DNA from: an uncultured Clostridia bacterium | Lineage (GTDB): Bacteria > Bacillota > Clostridia > Oscillospirales > Ruminococcaceae | DNA length: 64,000 nt | Direction: 5' to 3' | Assembly (NCBI GenBank): GCA_947629945.1 | Contig: CANRFR010000002.1 | Coordinates: 519-64,518, forward strand | Shown here: piece after piece, positions 46,016-54,642 of the stretch | Numbering within the stretch: position 1 is the first letter of the stretch | Layout of the letters: each line of letters opens with the position of its first letter | The notes under the pieces: generated by a model | Databases searched by the model: none | Told to the model about the DNA's origin: nothing | Seen by the model: the letters and a program-made list of their open reading frames with translations, nothing else | Made by a program: the position numbers and the translations under genes

Positions 46016-46052
46016 CCGCGCCGTATGACAATATACGGCGCGGATATTTTTT
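46016..46052 (+). terminator. Terminator of the hydrogenase operon
   Basis: CCGCGCCGTAT/ATACGGCGCGG stem plus T-tract. Confidence 0.8.
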
Positions 46053-46058
46053 GAAAAC

Positions 46059-46160
46059 TATAGCAATCCACGAAATGTTTGCACAATTTTCAAACAACTT
46101 TTCCCAAGGTTATGCGATATTTACCGTTTAGATGATGTTTGAATTGCGTGGATTGCTATA
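46059..46160. repeat. 102-bp element with a 14-bp perfect terminal inverted repeat
   Basis: TATAGCAATCCACG (46059-72) / CGTGGATTGCTATA (46147-60). Confidence 0.75.
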
Positions 46161-46192
46161 ATACCCCCGAGCGAAACGCCCGGGGGTATTTT
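46161..46192 (-). terminator. Terminator of the EF-G paralog gene
   Basis: ATACCCCCG/CGGGGGTAT stem. Confidence 0.7.
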
Positions 46193-46199
46193 GTGAAAT

Positions 46200-48221
46200 T
46201 TACTGTTTTATTTCGGTGCCGGCGGGGAGCATTTCATAGCGCGAGAACTCCGCGGTGAACTCTCCCAGACCCTGAGTAATTTGACGGAGCACCGGCGAGA
46301 AATCTTGCATTTCCGCTTCGGGAGCCTCGGCGGTAAGCTCGGTGGTGCCGTCGCCGAAACTGTTCATTCCGAGAACCGCGCCGCGCTTTTTCGAGATAAC
46401 GCTCATAACGTCGCCCTGTTTGTCGTCGGGCACGCGTATCGTCAAGCTCTGTATCGGTTCGAGAAGATACGGCTCGGCAATCTTCATACAATCCTTGAAC
46501 GCCATTGAAGCGGCGGTCTTGAACGCCATTTCGGAGCTGTCAACAGGGTGATAAGAGCCGTCGAGCAGCGTGGCTTTCAGTCTCACTACGGGATAACCGC
46601 CGATAGAGCCTTTCTCACAGCTATCCTGCAAACCTTTTTCTATCGCGGGGAAATAGTTTTTCGGAACGGAACCGCCGAAGATTTTCTCCTCGAATTTCAG
46701 TTCCTCGCCATCATACGGCTCAAACTCGATCTTAACGTGACCGTACTGTCCGTGACCGCCCGACTGCTTCTTGTACTTGCTTTCGATAGTGACTTTTTTC
46801 TTAATAGCTTCGCGGTACGCTACTTTCGGCGCGGTAAGTTCTACGTCAATGCCGAATTTCGCTTTAAGCTTCGCCGCGGTAACGTCAAGGTGCTGTTCGC
46901 CCAAGCCGCCGAGAATACGCTCGTGGGTTTCGTGGTTATGAACATAAGCGAGCGTCTTATCCTCTTCCAGCAGACGCTTTATAGCCGCGGAAAGCTTGCC
47001 CTCATCGCCGCCGCCCATAAGCTTTACGGCGCGGAAGTAATTCGCTTTCGGAAACTCAATTGACTCCAAAGCGTTTGTATCCGTCGGGTCGCACAAGGTG
47101 TCGCCCGTGTTAGCTTCAAGTTTTGTAACGGCGCAGATATCACCCGCCATAATCTCGCTTATCTCTTCCTGCTTTTTGCCTACGGTGGTGACGAGCTTGC
47201 CGAAGCGCAGCTCCGCACCGTCCGTTGATACGGGAACGCTCTTTGCGCCAAGCTTGCCTTGCACTGCCTTGATGTAGCTTATCTTCCCGACAAACGGATC
47301 GGCTACCGTTTTGAAGATAATGCCCTTAAACGGTTTGTTTTCGTCATAGTCCACGGCTTCGCCGTTTATCTTTTCAAGCTTGCGCTCATTGGGCGACGGC
47401 AGCATTTTCGTCACTGCGTCGAGCAGCATATCCACGCCCGAAAGCGTGTCGTTCGCACAGCAGACTACGGGCGTTATCGAGCCGCTTGCCACACCGTCGT
47501 GAATACCCTTGACAAGCTCTTCTTGAGTGAACTCCTCCTCGTTGAAGAACTTATCCATAAACTCCTCGTTGGTCTCGGCTACCGCTTCAGCCATTGCCGC
47601 GCGAAGTCCCGCGATACGGTTCTCCGAAGCGGGCATTTCAACCTCGGTGGGAACGCCCTTTGTGTCGTATTTATACGCTTTCATGGTAAGCAGATTTATG
47701 TACGCTTCAACAAAGCCGTGCTTATCATAGGGCACGACTATCGGGCAGACGGACGGTCCGAACACGGTCTTCATCTGCGTGAAAACGCAGTAGAAATCGC
47801 TGTTCTCCACCTCCATACAAGTAACGGCAAGCATACGCGCCTTGTTTTCCTTTTCGGCAAGCTGATACGCCTTGATCGTTCCGGGACAAACGCCGTCCTT
47901 GCCGTTCACAGTGACAATAACGCTTTCGGCGGCGCGCATACCCTCGTACATTCCGCCAACAAAGTCAAATTGACCGGGCGCGTCGATAACGTTTATCTTG
48001 GTATCGTTCCACGTCATATTGACCACAGAAGCGTTTATCGAAATTTTCCGCTTTATCTCCTCCGCGTCGAAATCGCACACCGTGTTGCCGTCCGCGGTAT
48101 TTCCCATTCTGTCCGTAAGCCCGCATTTAAAGAGCATAGCCTCCGCAAGCGCGGTCTTTCCGCTTCCGCCGTGACCCGCCAAACAAACGTTCCTTATTCC
48201 GTCCGCTGTGAATGTTTTCAT
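46200..48221 (-). CDS. Elongation factor G paralog (EF-G2-like) with degenerate GTPase motifs
   Basis: GHGGSGKT, DAPG, domain IV KKQSGGHGQYGHV and DGSYHPVDSSEMAF. Confidence 0.9.
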   Translation of the reverse strand: MKTFTADGIRNVCLAGHGGSGKTALAEAMLFKCGLTDRMGNTADGNTVCDFDAEEIKRKISINASVVNMTWNDTKINVIDAPGQFDFVGGMYEGMRAAESVIVTVNGKDGVCPGTIKAYQLAEKENKARMLAVTCMEVENSDFYCVFTQMKTVFGPSVCPIVVPYDKHGFVEAYINLLTMKAYKYDTKGVPTEVEMPASENRIAGLRAAMAEAVAETNEEFMDKFFNEEEFTQEELVKGIHDGVASGSITPVVCCANDTLSGVDMLLDAVTKMLPSPNERKLEKINGEAVDYDENKPFKGIIFKTVADPFVGKISYIKAVQGKLGAKSVPVSTDGAELRFGKLVTTVGKKQEEISEIMAGDICAVTKLEANTGDTLCDPTDTNALESIEFPKANYFRAVKLMGGGDEGKLSAAIKRLLEEDKTLAYVHNHETHERILGGLGEQHLDVTAAKLKAKFGIDVELTAPKVAYREAIKKKVTIESKYKKQSGGHGQYGHVKIEFEPYDGEELKFEEKIFGGSVPKNYFPAIEKGLQDSCEKGSIGGYPVVRLKATLLDGSYHPVDSSEMAFKTAASMAFKDCMKIAEPYLLEPIQSLTIRVPDDKQGDVMSVISKKRGAVLGMNSFGDGTTELTAEAPEAEMQDFSPVLRQITQGLGEFTAEFSRYEMLPAGTEIKQ

Positions 48222-48339
48222 TATAAAATACCCCCGAAATTAAATTGACGATATGGAATTGACGCCGGGACAATTTTACCGAATTGATAAAAACCGCCGC
48301 CCTGTTGTCAATTCTCAATTGAAAAATGTTTACAAATAT

Positions 48340-48368
48340 ATTATACAATAAAAATTCACAAATTGCAA
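48340..48368 (-). promoter_or_regulatory. SigA promoter of the EF-G paralog
   Basis: TTGCAA-17-TATAAT on the minus strand. Confidence 0.7.
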
Positions 48369-48408
48369 GGGCTTTTGTTTAGTTTTTTGTATAATTTTAA
48401 AAAGGGGG

Positions 48409-48437
48409 TTGATTTTGGGCAAGAAATGTTGTATAAT
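48409..48437 (+). promoter_or_regulatory. SigA promoter of the nucleotidyltransferase-kinase operon
   Basis: TTGATT-17-TATAAT. Confidence 0.7.
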
Positions 48438-48473
48438 TATTATGAGGTATTATGTATAAAAGGAATGATCTGT

Positions 48474-49988
48474 ATGATAATTTTACCGCAGCAAGTGACC
48501 GAGGCTTTGGATATTCTGGAAAATTCGGGCTTTGAGGCGTACGTTGTGGGCGAATGCGTCAAGGAAATGATACTCGGGCACTCGCCGCAAGACTTCGATA
48601 TAGTTACCAACGCCGAGATAAACGACATACTCTTTGCGTTTAGAGACTACCGCATTTCCGACGAGGGAATGAACAAGGGCGAAATTATGGTGACGGTTCT
48701 GGGAATGGTAATCGCGGTGTCGCCGTACCGCCGCGAGGTCGTGGGACAGCGCGTGATGTACGCTCCCGATCTGGAGACCGATCTTGCACGGCGCGGTTTT
48801 ACGATGAACGCTATGGCATACTCGCCGAAAACGGGGCTTATCGACCCTTACGACGGCAAAAGCGCCCTTGAAAAAATCGCGGACAGCGATGAGATGAAAA
48901 AAGTGGTAGCCATCGGCGAAAATGTCACGGTAAACGTGAAACAGGGCGGAAAACCCGTAGCCCAGACAATCTATGATATGTCGAAAAGCTTTTCGATGTG
49001 TCCGTCACGGCTGCTGGAGGCTATCCGTTACTGCGCCGAGGATGAGTACGAGATTGAGGAACAAACACGCAACTGTATGCGCGCGAACGTCGCGTGCTTC
49101 GATTATGCCGACTCCGATTCTATACGCGAGGAATTGCAGCGCATCGTAATGGGAAAATTCGCGGCGCGCGCCCTTGAACAGAACGCCGACATACTTAAAT
49201 ATATTCTCCCCGAAATAGAACCGTGTATCGGCTGTAACCAGTGTTCGCCGCACCACGATTTCGACGTGTGGACGCACATCTGCAAGGCAGTGGGTTATTC
49301 GCTGCCCGAACCGTCGATACGCTTCGCTATGCTGTTCCACGATTTGGGAAAACCGGACTGTATGTCGCTCGACAAAAACGGCAGAGGGCACTTCAAAGGG
49401 CACGGAGAGCGTTCTCGGCTGCTTGCCGAGAGCATTATGCGCCGCCTTGATTTCCCGAAAAATTTAAGCAGCGAGATAAGCTGGCTGGTGTTCCACCATG
49501 ATGTGAAAATACCCGCCGAGCGCAAGGAGCTTAAAGCACTTATCCGAGAACTGGGTCCGCAAGATCTTAAAGACCTGCTTCAATGCGAGATAGCCGACAG
49601 CCGCGCGAGAAAAACCGACAGCGAACCTCCGCAGGCTCAAGTTTTGCGGAAGTCGCTGGAGAATTTGAACGAGATAGTGTCAACGGGCGAATGCTATGAC
49701 ATAAGTCAGCTTGCCGTCACAAAGCGCGAGCTTCTTGAACGCCGCCTGGCGCGAAACGACCATGAAGCCGACGAGCTTATGAACGCGCTGTTCGAGATAG
49801 TACTGGATAAGCCGTCGTTCAACAACCGCCTTATGCTTATCGATATCGCCGAGAAAAGCAAGCACAAGCTTGAGGAAATACAAGCCGAAAAACGCCGCGC
49901 CGAAGAGGAAATCGCTAAACTCGAACGCGAGCGAAAAGCAAAAGGACGGCGCGCCGAGCCTATCTTCACAAAGAAAAAGAAGCTATGA
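48474..49988 (+). CDS. Class II CCA/poly(A)-polymerase-fold nucleotidyltransferase with HD domain (degenerate motifs)
   Basis: AYVVG.CV, DFDIVT, DLARR.FTMNAMAY, PHHDFDVWTH, LFHDLGKP. Confidence 0.85.
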   Translation: MIILPQQVTEALDILENSGFEAYVVGECVKEMILGHSPQDFDIVTNAEINDILFAFRDYRISDEGMNKGEIMVTVLGMVIAVSPYRREVVGQRVMYAPDLETDLARRGFTMNAMAYSPKTGLIDPYDGKSALEKIADSDEMKKVVAIGENVTVNVKQGGKPVAQTIYDMSKSFSMCPSRLLEAIRYCAEDEYEIEEQTRNCMRANVACFDYADSDSIREELQRIVMGKFAARALEQNADILKYILPEIEPCIGCNQCSPHHDFDVWTHICKAVGYSLPEPSIRFAMLFHDLGKPDCMSLDKNGRGHFKGHGERSRLLAESIMRRLDFPKNLSSEISWLVFHHDVKIPAERKELKALIRELGPQDLKDLLQCEIADSRARKTDSEPPQAQVLRKSLENLNEIVSTGECYDISQLAVTKRELLERRLARNDHEADELMNALFEIVLDKPSFNNRLMLIDIAEKSKHKLEEIQAEKRRAEEEIAKLERERKAKGRRAEPIFTKKKKL

Positions 49989-50980
49989 GATTTTTTCTGA
50001 ACTTCCTTTACAGCCGCCGCAGAATAATCGCCGTTATTTTGACGGTCTGCGCGGTGTTCGCGCTGTTTTTTCTGCTTTACGGTCTGCCGCTTACCGCCGT
50101 GCTTTACGCGGCGATCATCTGCGCCGTAATAACGTCCGCCGCCGCTGCGGGAGACTTTTTGCGCTTTAAGCGAAAACGCCGAACGCTCGAACAGCTTCAA
50201 AACGAGATATTGCTTACGCTGGAGCATATCCCCGAGCCCGATAACGAAATTGAAAATCAATACAATCAGCTTCTTGAAATATTGTATCTGGAAAAGAATT
50301 CGCTCGCCGTTGCCGCCGACCGCCGATATTCCAACGCCGAGGAATATTTCACGCTGTGGGCGCACCAAATAAAAACGCCGATCACCGCTATGAGCCTTGC
50401 TCTGCAGGAATGTGAACTGCCCGAAAAGGACGAATTCGCCGAATATTTGCAAAGAATAGAGCAGTATGTCGAGATGGCTCTGTTTTACATTCATCTTGAC
50501 CATGACGAAAACGATCTCGTTATCAAGCAGCATTCGCTTGACGGCATAGTTAAACAGGCTGTGCGGAAGTTTTCAAGACAGTTTATCCGCAGAAAACTCG
50601 CGCTGGTCTACGAACCGCTGAACGTTGATGTTTTGACGGACGAGAAGCTGCTTTTGTTCGTTATGGAGCAGCTTATTTCCAACGCTCTGAAATACACAAA
50701 AAAGGGCTGTATTACAATAGCTCTCGAAACGCCCGGCGAGCCGATACTCATAATCCGCGACACGGGAATCGGCGTCGCGTCCGAGGATTTGCCGCGGATT
50801 TTCGAGCGCGGCTTCACGGGTCAGAACGGCAGAGCCGACAAACGCGCTACGGGTATCGGACTGTATCTTTGCAGACGTATCTGCGATAAACTGGGACACA
50901 AAATATCGGCGCTCTCCGATGAAAACGGCACGGAGATACGCGTTGATATGCGCTCCGCCGACATTGACGTTCGTGAATAG
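49985..50980 (+). CDS. Sensor histidine kinase, BceS/GraS-like intramembrane-sensing type
   Basis: Two closely spaced TMs; WAHQIKTP H-box; QLISNALKY, D.GIG, IFERGFTG.NGR, TGIGLYL. Confidence 0.92.
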   Translation: MRFFLNFLYSRRRIIAVILTVCAVFALFFLLYGLPLTAVLYAAIICAVITSAAAAGDFLRFKRKRRTLEQLQNEILLTLEHIPEPDNEIENQYNQLLEILYLEKNSLAVAADRRYSNAEEYFTLWAHQIKTPITAMSLALQECELPEKDEFAEYLQRIEQYVEMALFYIHLDHDENDLVIKQHSLDGIVKQAVRKFSRQFIRRKLALVYEPLNVDVLTDEKLLLFVMEQLISNALKYTKKGCITIALETPGEPILIIRDTGIGVASEDLPRIFERGFTGQNGRADKRATGIGLYLCRRICDKLGHKISALSDENGTEIRVDMRSADIDVRE

Positions 50981-50986
50981 ACAACA

Positions 50987-51019
50987 CCTCTCTCGGTTAA
51001 ACCCCGGGAGAGGATTTTG
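50987..51019 (+). terminator. Terminator after the kinase gene
   Basis: cctctctcgg/ccgggagagg stem plus ATTTT. Confidence 0.6.
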
Positions 51020-51133
51020 CTCGAAAAATGTAACATTACCGAAAATTTACTGTCTATATTTATGAAGGGATATATTTGTACCTCGCTTATCTTTGCGCAA
51101 TTGTTTAAATTTGCCGAAATTTACGCTAATATC

Positions 51134-51162
51134 TTGACATTCACATAATTTTGTAGTATTAT
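51134..51162 (+). promoter_or_regulatory. SigA promoter of the MBOAT operon
   Basis: TTGACA-17-TATTAT. Confidence 0.75.
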
Positions 51163-51234
51163 ATATAAGGTATAGCTGTATATTTCTATTTTCTGAATTA
51201 AAGCACTAAAACACAATAATTGGGGTGTAAAAAT

Positions 51235-52650
51235 TTGATATTTTCCAGCTTGATCTTTACTTACGCGTTTCTTCCGCTGTGTCTGATCTTGTATATGCTC
51301 GTAAAGCCGCTTAAGGGGAAAAACGCGGTGTTGATAGTCCTGTCGCTGTTCTTTTACGCGTGGGGAGAACCTGTGCGCGTCGGACTGCTGATACTTTCGG
51401 CGGTGGCGAACTACTTTGTCGGCATAGGGATAGGCTCTATAAAAAGCGAAAAGGGACAAAAGGGCGTTCTGGCGGCGGGACTTGTGTTCAATATCGGAAT
51501 GATCGCCGTGATAAAATACAGCGGCTTTTTGATGACAAACGTAAACTCGCTGTTTCATTCAAGTCTGCCCGTGCCCAATATAGCGCCGCTTGCCGGGATA
51601 AGCTTCTACACGTTTCAGATAATAAGCTACATAGTGGACTGCTATTGGGGAAAGGTAGAACCTCAGCGTAATTTTTGGAAGCTTCTGCTTTACATTTCGC
51701 TGTTCCCGCAGCTTATCGCGGGTCCAATAGTCCGCTATCAAACCATTGCCGACGAGATCAACGACCGCCGCACCACTCTTCAAGACTACAGCGAAGGCTT
51801 TTCAAGATTTGTGGTAGGCTTGGCGAAAAAGGTGGTACTGGCTGACCAGCTGCACAAAATCGTTGACAGCTTCCTAGGCGGGAGCGTCGGCGGTCTTACG
51901 ATAGCGGGGTCTTGGTACGGCGTTATCGTGTACTCGCTCTACATATACTTCGACTTTTCGGGATACTCGGATATGGCTATCGGCATAGGGCGCATATTCG
52001 GTTTTCATTTCAACGAGAACTTCGACCACCCTTATCTTTGCAAGGACGTTCAGGAGTTCTGGCAGCGCTGGCACATCTCGCTTGGCTCTTTCTTTCGTGA
52101 TTATCTTATGCCGATAACGTTCTTCGGACACAGAAACAAGTATCTGAGTCTCGCTCTTGTGTGGCTGTGCACGGGCGTTTGGCACGGAGCGGCGTGGAAC
52201 TACATTCTCTGGGGCGTTTACTATGGTCTGTTTATACTGTTTGAAGAGCTTCTCGGCAAAAAGCGCATAAAGAAAATACCTATAGCTATCAGACATATTT
52301 ACAGCAAACTGGTAATTATAATCGGCTTTGGGATATTCTACTTTGACGACACAAAGGGCGGTATCAAAGCTCTCGGACTGTTTTTGCGTAACCTTACTCC
52401 CGCGAACCCGAACGGCGGCATAGGCATCGCCGAAAAGATATCGTTCTGCAACAATCTGTTTCTTATCATCGCGGCTGTCGTGTGCACTTTCCCGCTTATC
52501 AAGTGGTTCAAAAAACTGTCGGAAAAGTCGCTCGGAGTGAAAACGGCAGTCTCGGTCTCATCTACCGTAGTCTGCGCGGTCTTGCTGATACTAAGCTCGA
52601 TACTTATGGTGGACGCTACCACGCAAGCGTTCCTGTATTGGCATTTTTAA
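51235..52650 (+). CDS. MBOAT O-acyltransferase (AlgI/DltB/PatA family)
   Basis: GISFYTFQ.ISY, FPQLIAGPIVRY, YFDFSGYSDMAIG, FWQRWHISL, GVWHG catalytic His, C-terminal FLYWHF; TTG start. Confidence 0.93.
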   Translation: MIFSSLIFTYAFLPLCLILYMLVKPLKGKNAVLIVLSLFFYAWGEPVRVGLLILSAVANYFVGIGIGSIKSEKGQKGVLAAGLVFNIGMIAVIKYSGFLMTNVNSLFHSSLPVPNIAPLAGISFYTFQIISYIVDCYWGKVEPQRNFWKLLLYISLFPQLIAGPIVRYQTIADEINDRRTTLQDYSEGFSRFVVGLAKKVVLADQLHKIVDSFLGGSVGGLTIAGSWYGVIVYSLYIYFDFSGYSDMAIGIGRIFGFHFNENFDHPYLCKDVQEFWQRWHISLGSFFRDYLMPITFFGHRNKYLSLALVWLCTGVWHGAAWNYILWGVYYGLFILFEELLGKKRIKKIPIAIRHIYSKLVIIIGFGIFYFDDTKGGIKALGLFLRNLTPANPNGGIGIAEKISFCNNLFLIIAAVVCTFPLIKWFKKLSEKSLGVKTAVSVSSTVVCAVLLILSSILMVDATTQAFLYWHF

Positions 52651-52662
52651 GGAGGTGCGGTT

Positions 52663-53316
52663 TTGAATAAAGACAAAAAGAAAGATATGGAGAAAAAACC
52701 CGCCGACCCCAAAACCGAAAAACGCGAACGCACTCTGCGTATCGTGAATATCGCGGCTCTGATGGCAGTGTTTGTCGGTATAACGCTGTTTATGACGTTC
52801 GGCAAACGTCCGAACGTTTCCTACACCGAGAACCGCGACCTCGAAAAGCCGCCCGAATTTACTTGGGAGGGGTATTTCAGCGGATATGTTACCGACCAAT
52901 TCGCAAAGTACTACAACGACACCGTGCCGCAAAGAGCGACTTGGAAACTGTTCATCTCAAACTTCCGCGCTCATCTGGGCGTTAAATACGGCAGCGGCGT
53001 GACTATCGTCGGCGACGTACCCGTTATTGAAAATCCCGTCAAGCCAAATTCCGACACAAGCGGCGGACAAAGCAAGCCCGCGAACTCCATTCCCGATGTG
53101 GTGATTGCACAGCCCTCCGGTACCTCCTCCGAAACGTCCTCAAGCACGGCTTCTTCAAGTTCAAACCCCAAGGTGCCCGATGTGGTCATTCCAAATCCGA
53201 ACGGCTCTTCGGAAACAGACGAACCGGAGGAACCGGCAGAATCAAATCCCGATGACGCAGAAAGCTCTAATCCCAAGGTGCCCGAGGTGGTCATTCCAAG
53301 CATACCTATCGTATAA
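52663..53316 (+). CDS. N-terminal anchor domain of a DHHW-family protein without the catalytic domain
   Basis: TM plus S.TENR.L...P.F...YFSG...YYNDTVP.R motif; S/P/E linker ending in three P(K)VP[DE]VVI repeats. Confidence 0.65.
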   Translation: MNKDKKKDMEKKPADPKTEKRERTLRIVNIAALMAVFVGITLFMTFGKRPNVSYTENRDLEKPPEFTWEGYFSGYVTDQFAKYYNDTVPQRATWKLFISNFRAHLGVKYGSGVTIVGDVPVIENPVKPNSDTSGGQSKPANSIPDVVIAQPSGTSSETSSSTASSSSNPKVPDVVIPNPNGSSETDEPEEPAESNPDDAESSNPKVPEVVIPSIPIV

Positions 53317-53395
53317 CTCAATAAAAAGTGATTTCACCGCCCGGGGGGAAAACCAAAAATCTCTCAAAAAATTATGTAACAGAGGAAAAAATGCT

Positions 53396-54541
53396 ATGAA
53401 TACCAAATTTAAACAAATCGTTTCGGCTATCGCGTTTTCATCACTTATATTGACCCTTACAGGCTGCGGCGCAGGTCAGCCCGACGCCGCCGAAGGGCGT
53501 TCTTCAAGTCCGCTTGAGGACTTGGTAAAAAGCGGAGCCTCGGAAATTTCAAGCGCCGTCCATAGCGCTTCCGAGGAAGTTTCGCAAAATGTCAGCCGAA
53601 ACGGAGCGGCTCCGTCAAACGAAACGTCTTACATACCGCCCGAAAACAATATGAAGGGCGAGGTCTCGGACGGTATTCTCGTACTGGAAAACGGTCGCGG
53701 CATAATGCTCTACGGCATAGGATACGAGCCGGGACGTAATTACGCGGCGACCGTGAATAAGTACAAGGAGCAGCTCGGAAAGAACGTCAACGTTTACTCA
53801 ATGGTCGTTCCCACACAGGTAACGTTCTATATGCCCGACGAGTACGCGGAACTTTCCGACAAGGAACTCCCCCACATTGACGACATCAACGAGCATTTGA
53901 GCGGTATTATCCCGATAGACGCTTACGCCGCTCTAAAAAGTCACGTAAACGAGGAAATATATTACCGCACCGACCACCATTGGTCGCAGCTTGGCGCGTA
54001 TTACGCGGCTGAAGCGTTCGCGGAAACCGCAAAAGTGCCGTTCGACGACCTTTCGACTTACGACAAGCACGAACAGAGCGGATATGTAGGCACGCTTTAC
54101 GGCTCCTCAAACGAAGACCCGCGTATCGGCAGCAATCCCGAAACGTTTGTGTGGTATGTTCCCAAACGCGAGGTGAGTACCACTTATCTTGACGCAAAGG
54201 CTCAGGACGGATACAGCGGAAGTTATTTCTTTAAACCCGATGATTTCGGTTCCACTGCTGAGTGGAACCTCACCTATATGGGCGGCGACTCACATATAGT
54301 ACATGTGGAAACGGGGCTCAATACGGGCAGAAAGCTGATGATACTCAAGGACAGCTACGCCGACAGTCTCGCGCCGTGCCTTTTCGGGTCGTTTGACGAT
54401 ATTTGGGTGGTGGATATGCGCTATTGCGAAACGAGCGCGGTAAAGCTGGCGCAGGATAACGGCATTACCGACTTGCTGTTTTGCAGCTGCACGTTCAGCG
54501 CGACAGCCAACAATCAATACAAATTAGCCGAGATAATGTGA
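53396..54541 (+). CDS. DHHW-family (AlgJ/AlgX/DltD-like) lipoprotein 1
   Basis: Lipobox LTGC; YRTDHHW; KDSY; VDMRY. Confidence 0.85.
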   Translation: MNTKFKQIVSAIAFSSLILTLTGCGAGQPDAAEGRSSSPLEDLVKSGASEISSAVHSASEEVSQNVSRNGAAPSNETSYIPPENNMKGEVSDGILVLENGRGIMLYGIGYEPGRNYAATVNKYKEQLGKNVNVYSMVVPTQVTFYMPDEYAELSDKELPHIDDINEHLSGIIPIDAYAALKSHVNEEIYYRTDHHWSQLGAYYAAEAFAETAKVPFDDLSTYDKHEQSGYVGTLYGSSNEDPRIGSNPETFVWYVPKREVSTTYLDAKAQDGYSGSYFFKPDDFGSTAEWNLTYMGGDSHIVHVETGLNTGRKLMILKDSYADSLAPCLFGSFDDIWVVDMRYCETSAVKLAQDNGITDLLFCSCTFSATANNQYKLAEIM

Positions 54542-54642
54542 ACAGCGATACCGAAATTATGCAAATGTTCACATAGGCGTGACCGTATTATCACGGACAT
54601 ATTATATCATAATATAAAGGAACATATAAGGGGGATACTTTA

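Noticed and set aside
44364-46097. 577-aa minus-strand ORF opposite hydA
   Set aside because: Antisense mirror caused by strong codon bias of hydA; no recognisable domain.
53105-53395. Possible frameshift fusing the DHHW anchor ORF to the next DHHW gene
   Set aside because: The downstream gene has its own RBS, signal peptide and lipobox at 53396, and the 5' extension reads as non-coding-like sequence.
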